Origin: Alphaproteobacteria bacterium
GTDB lineage: Bacteria; Pseudomonadota; Alphaproteobacteria; CAAHEQ01; UBA3637
Reading direction: 5' to 3'
DNA: 64,000 nucleotides
NCBI GenBank assembly: GCA_045660045.1
Contig: JAZRDB010000013.1
Coordinates: forward strand, 612-64,611
The translations under genes and the position numbers were made by a program. The notes under the pieces were generated by a model. The model was given only the letters and a program-made list of their open reading frames with translations, was not told where the DNA came from and did no database searches. Each line of letters starts with the position of its first letter. The stretch's first letter is position 1. Shown one piece after another: positions 31,601 through 41,170 of the stretch.

Positions 31601-31835
31601 GAATAAAAACAAATAGTGAGACGCCAAACAAGGCAAGTGGGGATAAAATTTGTAAAAAATTAGGTAAAACCAACAGGGTCATTTCAAGGAAGATACCAAC
31701 CGATGCGCCCTTTGTAATGATCCAGTCAATCATTCGAAGGGATTGTGTAAGCCAAATCAAGATAATGAGGCTGATAAGAATTGCCATAAACCCAAGCAAT
31801 GTTTGGCGAAAAATATATTTCTCAATTATTTTCAT
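28602..31835 (-). CDS. lptD: In-frame fusion ORF: LptG-like permease (N-terminal ~370 aa) + LptD/OstA outer-membrane LPS assembly protein (C-terminal ~707 aa)
   Basis: 1077 aa continuous ORF. The N-terminus matches the YjgP/YjgQ (LptF/G) permease family. From about nt 30725 downwards the protein carries an LptD-like signal-peptide segment (…LAILISLSFTMPTHA|MPKLDLKEV…) followed by OstA N-terminal and β-barrel regions. No stop codon separates the two parts. Confidence 0.75.
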   Translation of the reverse strand: MKIIEKYIFRQTLLGFMAILISLIILIWLTQSLRMIDWIITKGASVGIFLEMTLLVLPNFLQILSPLALFGVSLFVFIRMQSDKELIVLKAVGMSSKQLARPLLMLGIFLVFFGYLLTLWIIPTSYSHLREMRWKIRNNLSHLLVQEGQFNSLKNGVTLYIKEREELGKVKDILVYELKQDKRSVLIAEEGTMLQTPDGISLTFNKGTRQEFQPNSHQFSVLKFDKYTIPFIDKQGTSPRKPNPDEISLKQLLSTTPKEVNGLIYRKYKVEAFKRLTQPLYNLVFLWLAAFGTLRGFYNRRGQSKQINAVIIAALLIQSFSLAFENIAVRNLWGLGLMAANLFIPLVVLYLVLFKEKRIGWIHLAILISLSFTMPTHAMPKLDLKEVDATKNQPIQFEADNMNYNIKTGILTASGDVTLTQNNIQMKTDRILYNKGKDEVTIPQTVKLKLPDGTRSTVQNMVLYPRRSEAKANTLTGQFTDGTYLGANHMVTTKNGHLIVLQNASYTPCNMCEDEAPLWKIDAKKVTQDFSDHTISFTHMFFDIQDVPILYFPYFQIPDLTIKRKTGLLYPSFQHSREMGFSIETPFFINLADNQNLLLAPIWSSRHVPLGMIDYNARFTRGAVKLQLSGTQDDKSKNEGHIKTNFEYDITNKIRLTGQYFRTLSDTYFRRYGIEGINDSESFLQSHLTGEYFGTRFYTRAKAWHFQSLVNGISSKSIPVVIPTLDMAYNTAPIADTPLFAFTKVNGAIYNTRENFKSDRISLTQGLSLPYITPFGLVTDTNASVRLDGYALNTGKRTLISKHNEDTYNKGRFYSVASTKVSYPLAMQTESTTQILEPIIMLVLSPNTKNSTDIPNIDSTIFDFDDTNLFSENRFAGYDRVETGSRLNYGFQWTAYHNSAQNRSLSLLLGQTYRFHDTEEMSDVMGYSNHLSDYIGRIHMNYQYLSFTYRFRLNRENLAKRRNDIGVSVGANPFRVGLNYLYQGSYELDNKHYREENEIRFWANSKLSKNWQISGNYRYNLKKEGGPIEYGIQLRYDNECTALIFDLDKSYARDRNYKGSTSFMFKIFLKTLGGIGQ

Positions 31836-32732
31836 TTATTTTTCCTTTCGAGTATTATACGCCAAAGGATGAGATTTTTCAATGACCTTTTTTAATCTGT
31901 TGGGCAAAATGTGTGTATAAATTTCTGTGGTGGCGATGTCGGCATGTCCAAGAAGCTTTTGAACAGAGCGCAAATCTGCATCATGAGCAATCATGTGAGA
32001 GGCAAAAGAATGACGGAAAACGTGCGGTGAAACTTTTGCTGGATCTAATCCGATATTTAGTGCTAATTTTTTTAACTCCTTGAAAAATGTGCCACGCGTT
32101 AAATGTCCAGATTTTGATTTTGCGGGAAATAACCATTTGTTTTTGTCGGCACGCGGGCAAGTTTTTTCACGTTCTTGCAACCATTTTTCGATGGATTCAC
32201 AAGCCATGTCATTTAAAGGAACAATGCGTTCTTTGTTTCCTTTGCCCGTGACAAAAATATGTTTTTTTTCGCGCACAACTGCATCCATGGGAAGACCGAC
32301 CAATTCGCTGACCCGCATGCCAGAGGCGTATAAAACCTCCAACAAAGTGTGCAAGCGTATAGTATCTGCATTTTGAATTAGAGAAAAAATGTCATCTTCG
32401 CTTAGATACTTGGGGAGAGATTTTTGTGCTTTTGGGGCGTCCAAATAATCGGTTGGATTTTGTTTAATGATGTTTTCTGAATAAAGAAAACGATAAAATT
32501 CACGCATGCTAGACAAGCGGCGACTTTGTGTTTTGAGCGAATAACTATGGTTTGTTAAAAATGCTAAATAATTGCGCAGGTCTTGATTCGTTACGTGGAT
32601 TAAGTCGGTGTTCAGCGTTTTTAGAAAGTTTTCCAGCGCCTGTAAATCACGTTGATAAGCGGCCACCGTGTTGGATGATGCCCCACGTTCTGCAATTTGC
32701 ATTTCTAAAAAAGCATCAATGGCCGAAGACAT
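31836..32732 (-). CDS. xerD: Tyrosine site-specific recombinase XerD/XerC family
   Basis: 298 aa with the C-terminal catalytic motifs HVFRHSFASHM and LLGHADIATTEIYTH. The XerD versus XerC assignment is tentative. Confidence 0.6.
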   Translation of the reverse strand: MSSAIDAFLEMQIAERGASSNTVAAYQRDLQALENFLKTLNTDLIHVTNQDLRNYLAFLTNHSYSLKTQSRRLSSMREFYRFLYSENIIKQNPTDYLDAPKAQKSLPKYLSEDDIFSLIQNADTIRLHTLLEVLYASGMRVSELVGLPMDAVVREKKHIFVTGKGNKERIVPLNDMACESIEKWLQEREKTCPRADKNKWLFPAKSKSGHLTRGTFFKELKKLALNIGLDPAKVSPHVFRHSFASHMIAHDADLRSVQKLLGHADIATTEIYTHILPNRLKKVIEKSHPLAYNTRKEK

Positions 32733-32935
32733 GAAAGTTTCTTATTCCTTTGTGTAAGTAATGGTCACTTGTTGCGATGTGGTTTTGGGCGCGCAATCGC
32801 ACAGAGCAAAAAATAAGACAACCCCGATAATCGCAATCACAACAATTTTTGTAATTAAATGTCTGCGTTTTTCATAATACTTCATTTTCTTTCCTTTCCC
32901 TAGACAAATGATGAAATTTATGGTATAAGTGTAGC

Positions 32936-33502
32936 ATGAGTCAAAAATTATTACAACCAAAAATCTTATTGCTTGTGGGAATGATGGGCGTTGGAAAAAC
33001 AAGTTTAGGACGTTTGCTGGCTCGCAAGCTGCATTTGCCGTTTGTGGATTCCGATAAAGAAATTGAACGGATGACAGGTTTTTCTATCTCCGATTTGTTT
33101 GCGCGTTATGGTGAAGCAGAATTTCGGGCTGGCGAGGAAAAGGTAATGGAGCGATTGTTGAATGGGGCCCCTTGTGTACTGTCGTCGGGGGGTGGTGCTT
33201 TTTTGTCAGCCAAAACGCGTCAAATTTCTAAAGAAAAAGCAGTTTCTATTTGGATTAAAGCTGGTGCAGATGTGATTTCTGGTCGCACGGAAGGCAGAAC
33301 GCATCGGCCATTGGTGCCGTCTATGGATAATCAGCAAGTGATTGAACGTTTGGTAAAAGAATGTTATCCGCTTTATGCAGAGGCCGATTTAACAATTGAA
33401 TCATTTAATGAGCATCCATCAAAAACAGTTGTGCGCTTGTTGAAAGAATTGGAAGCGCATCAAATTATTTCGCCCTATATTCCTTTTAAGGAGAGAAAAT
33501 AA
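32936..33502 (+). CDS. aroK: Shikimate kinase
   Basis: 188 aa with Walker A GMMGVGKTSLGRLLA and a shikimate-binding region. Confidence 0.9.
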   Translation: MSQKLLQPKILLLVGMMGVGKTSLGRLLARKLHLPFVDSDKEIERMTGFSISDLFARYGEAEFRAGEEKVMERLLNGAPCVLSSGGGAFLSAKTRQISKEKAVSIWIKAGADVISGRTEGRTHRPLVPSMDNQQVIERLVKECYPLYAEADLTIESFNEHPSKTVVRLLKELEAHQIISPYIPFKERK

Positions 33503-34758
33503 TGGCGTGGTTTATTTTGATTTTTTTATTGCTTGGTTCTTTTTTCTTTTCTGGAACAGAAACAGCTGTGACAGCCGTATCTCGACCGTTGCTGCATGAA
33601 CAGGCAAAGCGCGGTAATAAATGGGCGGCAAAATTATTGGAATTGAAAAAAGATCCGGCACAAGTTTTAAGTACGCTTTTGTTTGGAAATAATGTTGTTA
33701 ATATCGCTTTTACAGCCATTTCAACGGGGCTTTTGGTAGAAATATTTGGCCCAAATTATGGGGTTCTTATTTCTACTTTTGTGGTCAGTGTAATTGTGTT
33801 AATTTTTGCTGAAATTTTACCCAAGACCTATGCGGTCAATAATACATTGCCGATGGCATTGCAATCGACGCCCGTTTTGGCTGGCTTGGTATGGTTATTG
33901 CGTCCTGTTGTCAATGGACTTAACTGGTTAAGTGAAAAGACAATGCGTTTGTTACCAAAAGCGAATCCACTAGATGATCCGGATGAACAATTAAAAGCAG
34001 AGATCCGTGGTGCCCTGGCAATGCAAGGTAACAATGTGTTATCACAAGAAAAAGGTATGCTAAAAAGTGTGTTGGATTTGGATGAAGTGAGCGTGGGTGA
34101 TATTAAAATGCACCGATCCAAAGTGGTGTCATTGAATTTGAATACGCCGATTGAAGAAGTGATTCGTTTTGTGACGCAAACGCCATACAGCCGCATTCCG
34201 GTGTATCAAGGGCGACGCGATAATATCGTGGGTATTTTACATACAAAATCAGTGATGAAAATGATGCCTGTTTTTTATGGACACAAACACAAATTGAATT
34301 TGATGGATTATTGCACGAAGCCGTGGTATGTGTTAAACACCACTTCATTGTTGGATCAGTTGGTTGCATTCAAGAAAAAGCGCGAACATTTTGCTATTAT
34401 TGTGGATGAATATGGCGATTGGGAAGGAATCTTAACGTTGGAAGATTTGCTAGAAGAAATTGTGGGTGATATTTCCGACGAAACCGATAAATTGGAAGAA
34501 TCTATTTTTCAATGGGATCGTACACAATCTGGGGGATATTTGTTGGATGGCACAACAACAATTCGGGATATCAATCGGCACTTTCATTGGGAATTGTCGG
34601 ATGAAAATGCGGCCACATTGGCGGGCTATGTGATGTATTATTTGGAACGGATTCCAAGCAAAGGACAAGTTTTTGAAATCAATGATTGGACCTTTGTGAT
34701 CCACGAAAAGAAACGGAATCAATTGACGAAAATTGAAGTGATTCCGCCACCCCTATAA
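33502..34758 (+). CDS. tlyC: HlyC/CorC family transporter (TlyC-like; DUF21 + CBS pair + CorC C-terminal domain)
   Basis: 418 aa with the N-terminal DUF21 membrane domain, tandem CBS domains and a CorC_HlyC C-terminal domain. Confidence 0.8.
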   Translation: MAWFILIFLLLGSFFFSGTETAVTAVSRPLLHEQAKRGNKWAAKLLELKKDPAQVLSTLLFGNNVVNIAFTAISTGLLVEIFGPNYGVLISTFVVSVIVLIFAEILPKTYAVNNTLPMALQSTPVLAGLVWLLRPVVNGLNWLSEKTMRLLPKANPLDDPDEQLKAEIRGALAMQGNNVLSQEKGMLKSVLDLDEVSVGDIKMHRSKVVSLNLNTPIEEVIRFVTQTPYSRIPVYQGRRDNIVGILHTKSVMKMMPVFYGHKHKLNLMDYCTKPWYVLNTTSLLDQLVAFKKKREHFAIIVDEYGDWEGILTLEDLLEEIVGDISDETDKLEESIFQWDRTQSGGYLLDGTTTIRDINRHFHWELSDENAATLAGYVMYYLERIPSKGQVFEINDWTFVIHEKKRNQLTKIEVIPPPL

Positions 34759-35115
34759 TCGCCAAGCGTCTTTGATGTGATGGGGTAAAAAGCTGTTTTG
34801 AAATAAGATAGCGTCAAACCGAATTTGATAATTTTGATATCTCGGATTTTTACGAACGAATGCTTCGGCGGCGCGGGCGATTCGCGTTTTGCTTTTGGTC
34901 GTAATTGCTTCGGCCGAAGTGATAAGATTTTGTCGTTTTTTGACTTCTACAAAAATCAGTATTTTCTTTTTTGAAACAATAAGGTCTATTTCGCTTGCTC
35001 CTGTACCGCGCCCAGTCACATAGTTCATTTTAATGGGGCGATATCCTTTTAACAGCAACATTAAAAGGGCAACTTTTTCGGCAAAATGACCAGATCTGTA
35101 ATTACTTTTTTTCAT
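34753..35115 (-). CDS. yraN: YraN family endonuclease (UPF0102)
   Basis: Start trimmed to the ATG at 35115 (MKKSNYRSGHFAEKVALLMLLLKGYR…), about 120 aa with the PD-(D/E)xK core EIDLIVS…VEVK. The ORF track extends it into rsmI. Confidence 0.75.
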   Translation of the reverse strand: MKKSNYRSGHFAEKVALLMLLLKGYRPIKMNYVTGRGTGASEIDLIVSKKKILIFVEVKKRQNLITSAEAITTKSKTRIARAAEAFVRKNPRYQNYQIRFDAILFQNSFLPHHIKDAWRL

Positions 35116-35929
35116 AATCGATAATAATTTGATAAATTTCTTTTTTGTTGATCCCCGTTTTTGTTGCCAACATCTCTGCGGCTTGTTTAACGGGATATTT
35201 GGGGCGTACGGTTTTAATGAGTTTTGGCAAATCCAAAGTATCAGATTGCTGAGGCGTGTCTGGTGCACCGTCAATGACTAAAACCAACTCACCCTTTGGT
35301 TCGCCATTTAAAGTATAGTAAGCGATTAAGTTTGCAACAGTATCTTTTTTGGTTTCTTCAAATTTTTTGGTGATTTCACGCACAACTGCCATCTCACGGT
35401 TGCCATAAACATCTAAAATATCATTTAAGGCTTTTGATAACCGATTCGGTGATTCGTAAAAAATTAAAGTAGATTTCAAATTTTGAACAGCTCTTAAATG
35501 CTCTTTACGTGCGCCAGATTTTGTGGGCAAAAAGCCGCCAAAATAAAAGCTGGCACTGGAAAGCCCTGACAGTTGTAAAGCCGATAAAACAGCGTTGGCT
35601 CCGGGCACGGTAGAAACTTTGATGTTTTCTTTTAAACAATCTCGCACTAATTTATATCCAGGATCCGAAACAAGAGGTGTGCCAGCATCAGACACCAATG
35701 CGATCGTCAGGCCTTGACGCAGTTTTTGCAGTAATTTAGGGCGGGCTTCGTCGGCGTTATGATCATGATAGGCGGTGGTAGATTTGACATGAATTCCAAG
35801 CAGATTAAATAAATTTCTGCTTGTGCGTGTATCCTCACATGCAACAAGATCGGCACTCTGCAAAACTTCTTTTGCTCGCGGACTGATATCACCTAAATTG
35901 CCAATGGGGGTGGACACTAAATAAAGCAT
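35102..35929 (-). CDS. rsmI: 16S rRNA (cytidine1402-2'-O)-methyltransferase RsmI
   Basis: 275 aa with the tetrapyrrole-methylase fold and the MLYLVSTPIGNLGDIS N-terminus typical of RsmI. Confidence 0.9.
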   Translation of the reverse strand: MLYLVSTPIGNLGDISPRAKEVLQSADLVACEDTRTSRNLFNLLGIHVKSTTAYHDHNADEARPKLLQKLRQGLTIALVSDAGTPLVSDPGYKLVRDCLKENIKVSTVPGANAVLSALQLSGLSSASFYFGGFLPTKSGARKEHLRAVQNLKSTLIFYESPNRLSKALNDILDVYGNREMAVVREITKKFEETKKDTVANLIAYYTLNGEPKGELVLVIDGAPDTPQQSDTLDLPKLIKTVRPKYPVKQAAEMLATKTGINKKEIYQIIIDYEKK

Positions 35930-35993
35930 AAAAAATCTCCTTGAAAATTCTATAGATTCAGTATATCATAAAACAGAGGGAAAAGGAAAGAGT

Positions 35994-37232
35994 ATGTTCA
36001 AAAAAGTTTTTATACTGTTAAGTTTGTGTTTGTTAGCGGGTTGTGCTACAGAGCGTCGGCCTATTTTTTGGAAAGGTGAAACTTCTCCTTCGGAAACGAT
36101 GACATCTAAAGCCCCGACGGTGGCTGTGTTGTTGCCATTGTCTGGTGAGTCTGCAAATGTGGGGGAACATCTTAAAAATGCAGCCATGATGGCCTCTTTT
36201 GAACACCAACGGACCCCATTAAAGGTTTTATTCTTTGATACCGAGAGTACTGGAAATGGTGCAGTTCAAGCGTATCATTGGGCGTTGGCGCAAAAACCGG
36301 ATATTGTGTTGGGGCCTGTTTTTTCAAAGGAAGTGAGTGCAATTAAGAAAGATGGTATTTCCAAACCATTATTATCATTTTCTTCAGACACAAGCATCAT
36401 TGACTCCAAGGCGGCTACAATGGCTGTGACGATTCCGGAACAGGTGCGTCAAATTGTGCGCCATGCTTGCTCGGCTGGACAACGGCGTTTGGCTGTTTTA
36501 AGCCCAGAAAGCAAGACAGGAGAAATTGCAATGAATACATTGGCCGAGGCTGTGACAACATGTCCGGGGATGACGTTGAAAAAAGTGTCTGTATATCCTG
36601 GTGATACGATGAATTTTACGGATGCTGTACAAAGAATTGCTCCCCGTATGATCAGTGGCAAAAAGAAAAACTTAAGCGAAGAGGATAAAGCTGAATTAGC
36701 AAAACCAGCTTCTGTGCGTGCAGGTGTTGATGCCGTGATTTTGTTTGAAGAAGGAATTAAATTGCGGCAATTGTTAAGCTTGCTCGCCTTTTATGATATT
36801 GGGCCAAAGGACATTCCTGTATATGGTTTGACCGTTGTCAAACAAGTGAACGATAATAATGCAAACTTTGTGTATTTTGCCGATTTGGATGAAACAAATT
36901 ATTATAATTTCTCGCGTCAGTATAAAGAAAACTTTGGCAAAGGACCTATTCGTATTGCTTCACAAATGTATGATGCAATGGGCTTTGTGTTGACGGAAAC
37001 CGAGGCGGGTCGCCCCATCACATTGGATGATTTAAGAACACGGGACAGCTATTGGGGTGTTGATGGATTGGTGCGTTTAAACGAGGATGGAACGAATCGT
37101 CGTGCTTTACAATTAAAACAAAAACGAGGCAGCCGCTTTACGTTGATTGAGCCGGCCGAATCGTTTTTTGACCGTCCGGTGTCCAATGGTTGGAATGTCT
37201 TTAATCAGCCAACAACAGAATCAATTGATTAA
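35994..37232 (+). CDS. Lipoprotein, LpoA/LppC-like (periplasmic-binding-protein type I fold)
   Basis: 412 aa with a lipobox LLAGC. It is divergent from rsmI, the conserved yraL/yraM (rsmI/lpoA) arrangement. Confidence 0.5.
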   Translation: MFKKVFILLSLCLLAGCATERRPIFWKGETSPSETMTSKAPTVAVLLPLSGESANVGEHLKNAAMMASFEHQRTPLKVLFFDTESTGNGAVQAYHWALAQKPDIVLGPVFSKEVSAIKKDGISKPLLSFSSDTSIIDSKAATMAVTIPEQVRQIVRHACSAGQRRLAVLSPESKTGEIAMNTLAEAVTTCPGMTLKKVSVYPGDTMNFTDAVQRIAPRMISGKKKNLSEEDKAELAKPASVRAGVDAVILFEEGIKLRQLLSLLAFYDIGPKDIPVYGLTVVKQVNDNNANFVYFADLDETNYYNFSRQYKENFGKGPIRIASQMYDAMGFVLTETEAGRPITLDDLRTRDSYWGVDGLVRLNEDGTNRRALQLKQKRGSRFTLIEPAESFFDRPVSNGWNVFNQPTTESID

Positions 37233-38286
37233 GCATTAAGGTGCCGTCTTGTGTCGGAGCGATTTTATCGTTTTTGATTTGAATCCATCCTTTTTGTGCG
37301 GCTTTTTGTATTTTTTGAGGATTCAGATTTTGACGGGGAAAACCATGTTGTCGCAGACGTAACCCCATTAATAATTTTTCTAGGTTGCGCTCTTTGACGG
37401 ACAATGTTTCTGTGCGAGGATTTGTCTTGATCCATAAGGGTACAGAACGTGGATTTTCCGTTGCGACAAGACCTAGCCGTCCATGGGCCGCGGGCCCAAT
37501 GCCGATATAATCGCTGCCCAACCAATAAGTCATGTTATGGCGACATTCGAAGCCTTTTTTTGCATAGTTAGAAACTTCATAGGCGGGGCGTTTATATTGA
37601 TTCATTATTTCATCTGTCAATTTGTATAACCTACGCGCTTGAATATCGGAAGCTGCTTTTTGACCCTTGCGCTTAAAAACAGTATTTTCTTCAATGGTTA
37701 GTTGATACAAAGAATAATGAGGCAAATCAAATCGTAGGGCCTGTATGAGTTCTTTTTCCCAAACTTTTAAAGATTGGTGCGGTCGCGCATAAATCAGATC
37801 TATATTAATATTATTGAAAATACTTTTTGCCTCTTCAATGCAATCAATGGCACGTTTGACAGAATGTGTGCGGCCCAAAAATTTTAAATCTTTTTCATTT
37901 AAACTTTGAACGCCGATGGACAGACGATTAATGCCTAAATCTTTAAATCCTTTTAATTTGTTTTTATCAACGGTATCTGGATTTACCTCTATAGAAACTT
38001 CTATATCAGGTGCAAGGGAATAATGTTGCCGAATAGCATTCATCAATTTTTCAAAAAATGATAGACTCATTAAACTGGGAGTGCCACCGCCGAAAAACAA
38101 ACTTGTTAAGGGACGATTGTCTGGGAAAAAGTCTATGTCGCGCATGTATGTTTTTAGTAATAATTCTTCATCTGGATGGGGGCATACAGAGCTAGCAAAG
38201 TCACAATAAGGACACTTGTGAATGCAGTAGGGCCAATGGACATATAGGCCGAATAAGTTTGATTCTGTTGTTTTTGTGCTGGCCAC
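37201..38286 (-). CDS. hemW: Radical SAM heme chaperone HemW (HemN-like, oxygen-independent coproporphyrinogen-III oxidase family)
   Basis: CxxxCxxC motif (CIHKCPYCDF). The start is proposed at the GTG at 38286, behind an AAGGA RBS. The longer ORF in the track (to 38436) would overlap the hpf promoter and start. Confidence 0.75.
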   Translation of the reverse strand: MASTKTTESNLFGLYVHWPYCIHKCPYCDFASSVCPHPDEELLLKTYMRDIDFFPDNRPLTSLFFGGGTPSLMSLSFFEKLMNAIRQHYSLAPDIEVSIEVNPDTVDKNKLKGFKDLGINRLSIGVQSLNEKDLKFLGRTHSVKRAIDCIEEAKSIFNNINIDLIYARPHQSLKVWEKELIQALRFDLPHYSLYQLTIEENTVFKRKGQKAASDIQARRLYKLTDEIMNQYKRPAYEVSNYAKKGFECRHNMTYWLGSDYIGIGPAAHGRLGLVATENPRSVPLWIKTNPRTETLSVKERNLEKLLMGLRLRQHGFPRQNLNPQKIQKAAQKGWIQIKNDKIAPTQDGTLMLNQLILLLAD

Positions 38287-38315
38287 TTGACATTCCTTCA
38301 AAAAAAAAGTATGGT
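38287..38315 (+). promoter_or_regulatory. Candidate sigma70 promoter for hpf-ptsN (TTGACA-17-TATGGT)
   Basis: Perfect -35 TTGACA at 38287-38292, a 17-nt spacer and -10 TATGGT at 38310-38315, about 35 nt upstream of the hpf ATG. Confidence 0.5.
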
Positions 38316-38349
38316 ATCTGCATAAGGATTTTAACTGAAAGGAAATGAA

Positions 38350-38898
38350 ATGCAAGTAATTATTAATGGACATCAGATTGATTTGGGTGACAGCTGGCGG
38401 ACATATACAACAGAAAAGTTGACCGACATCGCTCAAAAGTATTTTCCAAACGCCCTGGACGCTACAGTTAAGGTATCCCGCAGCGGTGATTTGTTAAAGT
38501 CCGAAGTGACGGTTCATCCTGTGCAAGGTGCTGTCATTTCTGCAGAAGGTAAAGCTGGGGATGCTTATGCTTCCATTGATGAGGCTTTGGGCAAGATGAA
38601 TCGCCAATTGAATAAATACAAAAATAAATTGGTGGGACATAAATACAGCTCCGTTGAAATGGTGGATATGTCAGTTATTGATGCGGAAGAAGATAAAGAA
38701 GAAGCCGGTGAGGCTCCTGTGATTATTGCTGAAATGCAAACAGAATTGCCAATTTGTACAGTGGCAACAGCCGTGATGCGCATGGATTTATCGGGTCAAA
38801 ATGCATTGTTGTTCCGCAACACTGCTCATGGTGGTTTAAATATGGTGTATCGTCGTGCGGATGGAAACATTGGTTGGGTTGATCCTAAAAACAAATAA
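38350..38898 (+). CDS. hpf: Ribosome hibernation promoting factor (long form)
   Basis: 182 aa; the N-terminal S30AE/YfiA domain begins MQVIINGHQIDLGDSWRTY…, followed by a C-terminal dimerisation domain. Confidence 0.85.
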   Translation: MQVIINGHQIDLGDSWRTYTTEKLTDIAQKYFPNALDATVKVSRSGDLLKSEVTVHPVQGAVISAEGKAGDAYASIDEALGKMNRQLNKYKNKLVGHKYSSVEMVDMSVIDAEEDKEEAGEAPVIIAEMQTELPICTVATAVMRMDLSGQNALLFRNTAHGGLNMVYRRADGNIGWVDPKNK

Positions 38899-38908
38899 GG
38901 AGCCGTAA

Positions 38909-39364
38909 ATGAAAATTACTGATATTTTGGCGCCAGACGCCGTTTTGCATGACGTTAAAGCCAAAAGCAAAAAACAATTGTTGGATGCCTTGGCCACATT
39001 GGCGGCAAAAAAAACAGGGTTGGATGAAGTGGCCGTTTTGGACGCATTGATTGAACGTGAACGTTTAGGTACAACGGGCATCGGATTTGGTGTCGCGTTG
39101 CCACACACACGATTGCCAAAACTGAAAAAAATCTTTTGTGGTTTTGCCACATCTGAACCAGTTGATTTTGATGCTGTTGATAATAAGCCAGTAGATTTGG
39201 CTTTTGTTTTGTTGGTTCCCGAAGAAGCGGGGGCTGACCATTTGAAAGCGTTAGCCCGTATTTCACGTCTGCTCAGAAATGAAGATACGGTGAATGCTTT
39301 AAGAAAAGCGGGATCTGCCAAAGAACTTTATCAATTGGTTATTGAAAACGACACGGATGAATAA
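38909..39364 (+). CDS. ptsN: PTS IIA-like nitrogen regulatory protein PtsN
   Basis: 151 aa EIIA(Fru/Ntr) fold with the conserved GVALPHTRL histidine region, directly after hpf. Confidence 0.8.
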   Translation: MKITDILAPDAVLHDVKAKSKKQLLDALATLAAKKTGLDEVAVLDALIERERLGTTGIGFGVALPHTRLPKLKKIFCGFATSEPVDFDAVDNKPVDLAFVLLVPEEAGADHLKALARISRLLRNEDTVNALRKAGSAKELYQLVIENDTDE

Positions 39365-39794
39365 AAAAATTACCTTATATACAGATGGCGCATGCTCTGG
39401 AAACCCCGGACCTGGGGGCTGGGCGTGCGTTTTAGTTTATAAGGAAACAGAAAAAGAATTATGTGGTGGCGATCCAGAAACCACAAACAATCGTATGGAA
39501 ATGACGGCCGTTATTGAAGGCTTAAAGGCTTTAAAAGAACCTTGTGCAGTGGATCTTTATACCGATAGCAAATATGTGCTTGAAGGGGCGACAAAATGGT
39601 TGGCTGGATGGCAAGAAAAAGGTTGGAAAAAAGCCGATAAAAAGCCGGTTTTAAATGTGGATCTGTGGCAAATTCTTTCAGCTTTGTTGCCGCAACACGA
39701 AATTACATGGCATTGGGTTAAAGGTCACGCGGGAGATCCATATAATGAGCGCGTAGATGCATTGGCTGTTGAACAAAGAGATTCCTATAAATAA
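39342..39794 (+). CDS. rnhA: Ribonuclease HI
   Basis: 150 aa beginning [22 protein letters not shown]… with …TNNRMEM…, the RNase H catalytic motifs. Confidence 0.9.
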   Translation: MKTTRMNKKITLYTDGACSGNPGPGGWACVLVYKETEKELCGGDPETTNNRMEMTAVIEGLKALKEPCAVDLYTDSKYVLEGATKWLAGWQEKGWKKADKKPVLNVDLWQILSALLPQHEITWHWVKGHAGDPYNERVDALAVEQRDSYK

Positions 39795-41083
39795 CAAAGT
39801 GTATATATTATTAAGGCCAACCATGGCAAACGTGTGACCCACCAAATCTTAGGGGCTTTTGGGCTGTCCAATAATTTAAATATTTTTTCTTGAAAAAGCA
39901 ATTGAATTGCAAAAGCAAGCAAGGTTAAAATTACAAAACTAAAACAGGGGGCGAGTTTAAGTAAAATATTGCTGCTTGTACTCAGAAAAGTAAGATAGGG
40001 TCGTGGTGTGATTGCAAGGAATAAGAATGTCAATAACGGAGAAGCTGGGATAAAAAGAACGCCCAAAATCATCAAAATGATTGTCCATGTTCTGCTCATT
40101 GGTTGAATTAAAAATGGCCACAATTTGTTGATTTGAGATAAGTCGTTTTGATATACATAAAATAAAGCACCACACAATACAATTATGCCTAAAACAGTTG
40201 TAAGAATAAGCATTTGTTTTGTTTGTGCGCGAAATTTTTGGCGAGAGGACAGGGGAACCCTGGCCCAGTAAATGGGTGCGCCTGAAAGCAGGAAAAACAA
40301 AAGGCAGGCTTGCAGAATTTGTAGCGTAGAAAGTGGCACGTCGGGAATAGGCATGTCTTGCGGGATCACCTTTGGTTCAATTACATAATAATGATAATAG
40401 GTTCGAACAATAAAACGATTTGCATTTTGTGTTTGAGGCAAAACGAATGTAGCTCGTTTATTTTCAATTTGTATATCCAAATCCAAGGGTTCTTTATTTG
40501 GACCATATACAATCAATGTGCGCGGAGGCCGTTCAAAATCCAAGACGACTTTGGTGTTGTCGCGGTCGTCCAGTTGTGCATAAGCGGCGACATTGTTGGA
40601 ATACATCGGAACTGGCGTGTTAGAGAGGGCTAACGTGATGGGAGAACACTCGGGTGTTAAAAGTGCCAAGGCCGTGCCCAAGGTGGTGGACAGATGAATC
40701 GGAGCTGTGACGCATTGGTCATCCTTGCATGCGTGCCAAGATCCTTCAACATCAAAGGTGATGGGTTTTATGGGCCTGTAAGTTAAAACCGCGCTGATTG
40801 GGTAAAGTGGAGCCTGAGGATAAGGTTGTTTGAAAGGTGTGAATAAAGCGGTTGGAAGTGGTTCGGATGTTGTGATTTTCAGGTCGGGCACGCCCAGTTG
40901 CCATTCCTCCTTGGGTAAAGCGCGAATGCCCAGATATAAAGGCCCATTGACACGCAAATCAGTCGTGCATGAGATCAATTCTACATCGCCAAAAGGTGTT
41001 TGTTGAACGGATGGTATGGTTTCTTGAGCTGTTGCGCTGACACCGAATAAAAGTAAAACAAAAATAAAAAGTTTTTTGATCAT
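39785..41083 (-). CDS. Hypothetical exported/integral membrane protein
   Basis: 432 aa with a signal peptide, a ~230-aa periplasmic region and then multiple TM helices. No assignable family. Confidence 0.4.
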   Translation of the reverse strand: MIKKLFIFVLLLFGVSATAQETIPSVQQTPFGDVELISCTTDLRVNGPLYLGIRALPKEEWQLGVPDLKITTSEPLPTALFTPFKQPYPQAPLYPISAVLTYRPIKPITFDVEGSWHACKDDQCVTAPIHLSTTLGTALALLTPECSPITLALSNTPVPMYSNNVAAYAQLDDRDNTKVVLDFERPPRTLIVYGPNKEPLDLDIQIENKRATFVLPQTQNANRFIVRTYYHYYVIEPKVIPQDMPIPDVPLSTLQILQACLLFFLLSGAPIYWARVPLSSRQKFRAQTKQMLILTTVLGIIVLCGALFYVYQNDLSQINKLWPFLIQPMSRTWTIILMILGVLFIPASPLLTFLFLAITPRPYLTFLSTSSNILLKLAPCFSFVILTLLAFAIQLLFQEKIFKLLDSPKAPKIWWVTRLPWLALIIYTLCYL

Positions 41084-41107
41084 ATGGACATGATAGCAAA
41101 AAAAAAC

Positions 41108-41136
41108 TTGCTTGTCTTTAAAAAAATTTATATAAT
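41108..41136 (+). promoter_or_regulatory. Sigma70-type promoter for infC (TTGCTT-17-TATAAT)
   Basis: -35 at 41108-41113, a 17-nt spacer and a consensus -10 at 41131-41136. Confidence 0.5.
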
Positions 41137-41170
41137 AGACCTGTGATTAACCACTTTGGAGGATTATACC

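Noticed and set aside
32742-33002. 86-aa minus-strand ORF between xerD and aroK
   Set aside because: It has one hydrophobic helix but overlaps the aroK start region and shows no motif support. The evidence is too weak to call.
37201-38436. Long form of hemW, with its start at 38436
   Set aside because: It would overlap the hpf start codon and its promoter by ~90 nt. The conserved HemW N-terminus begins near the GTG at 38286, which has an RBS, so the shorter form is preferred.
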